DNA of 64,000 nucleotides from Collinsella sp. (GTDB taxonomy: Bacteria > Actinomycetota > Coriobacteriia > Coriobacteriales > Coriobacteriaceae), in the NCBI GenBank assembly GCA_048183675.1, contig DBEYWP010000003.1:1194-65193 (forward strand). The letters run 5' to 3'. Below are positions 63,996-64,000 of this stretch, one piece after another. The notes under the pieces were generated by a model. The model was not told the DNA's origin and did no database searches. It saw nothing but the letters and a program-made list of their open reading frames with translations. Within the stretch, counting starts at the first letter, position 1, and each line of letters starts with the position of its first letter. A program made the position numbers and the translations under genes.

Positions 63996-64000
63996 TTGCA

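Noticed and set aside
63990-64000. Possible 3-prime end of a minus-strand gene running off the right edge
   Set aside because: Only a stop codon and two to three codons would lie inside the window. That is far too little to call a feature.

Overview
GC-rich window with strong third-position GC bias. It looks like chromosomal DNA of a high-GC Gram-positive bacterium. Gene content suggests Coriobacteriia or a Collinsella-like organism, but that placement is only a guess and was not checked against any database. About 45 genes are supportable. Starts were refined by hand from in-frame ATG/GTG codons preceded by GGAG-type ribosome-binding sites, so many differ from the ORF-track maxima. Left to right the window contains:
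- a possible transposase remnant;
- a roughly 2250-aa LPXTG adhesin with a fibro-slime/PA14-like head and nine tandem Spy0128-type pilin-isopeptide domains;
- an M20 peptidase, an amino-acid ABC importer and an aldose epimerase;
- a minus-strand cluster of a MerR/GyrI-like regulator, UbiX, a UbiD-family decarboxylase, an anion permease, and an apparent fusion of an LpdD-like domain with a type-1 IPP isomerase (Nudix) domain;
- an MFS transporter, then two DUF4143-type AAA ATPases flanking a low-molecular-weight tyrosine phosphatase;
- a TIGR04076-like protein with pyridoxal kinase;
- MarR plus a heterodimeric ABC exporter, and a GGDEF protein;
- a LysR regulator divergent from SDR, MFS and Gfo/Idh/MocA genes, followed by Tex;
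- an ascorbate-family PTS (IIA, IIB, IIC) bracketed by two transaldolase/FSA paralogs with a divergent DeoR regulator, a Cof-type HAD and an RlmKL-like methyltransferase;
- a KdpE and truncated KdpD pair next to Kup;
- a nitroreductase, an LtaS-like sulfatase, a flavodoxin-like protein and a second ABC exporter pair;
- a coiled-coil LANTG-anchored surface protein.

No rRNA, tRNA, CRISPR array or intact mobile element was seen.

The most interesting signals:
1. The LpdD-like::IDI fusion at the head of the UbiD/UbiX cluster.
2. Two unrelated families of intergenic palindromic repeats. One is a 32-nt perfect palindrome that sits tightly against stop codons. The other forms BIME-like arrays of hairpin units in alternating orientation.
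3. An unusual density of long (18-29 bp) perfect inverted repeats of unrelated sequence, some of them MITE-like.
4. Phased repeat arrays upstream of both DUF4143 ATPase genes.

All functional calls rest on motif recognition by eye. No searches were run.
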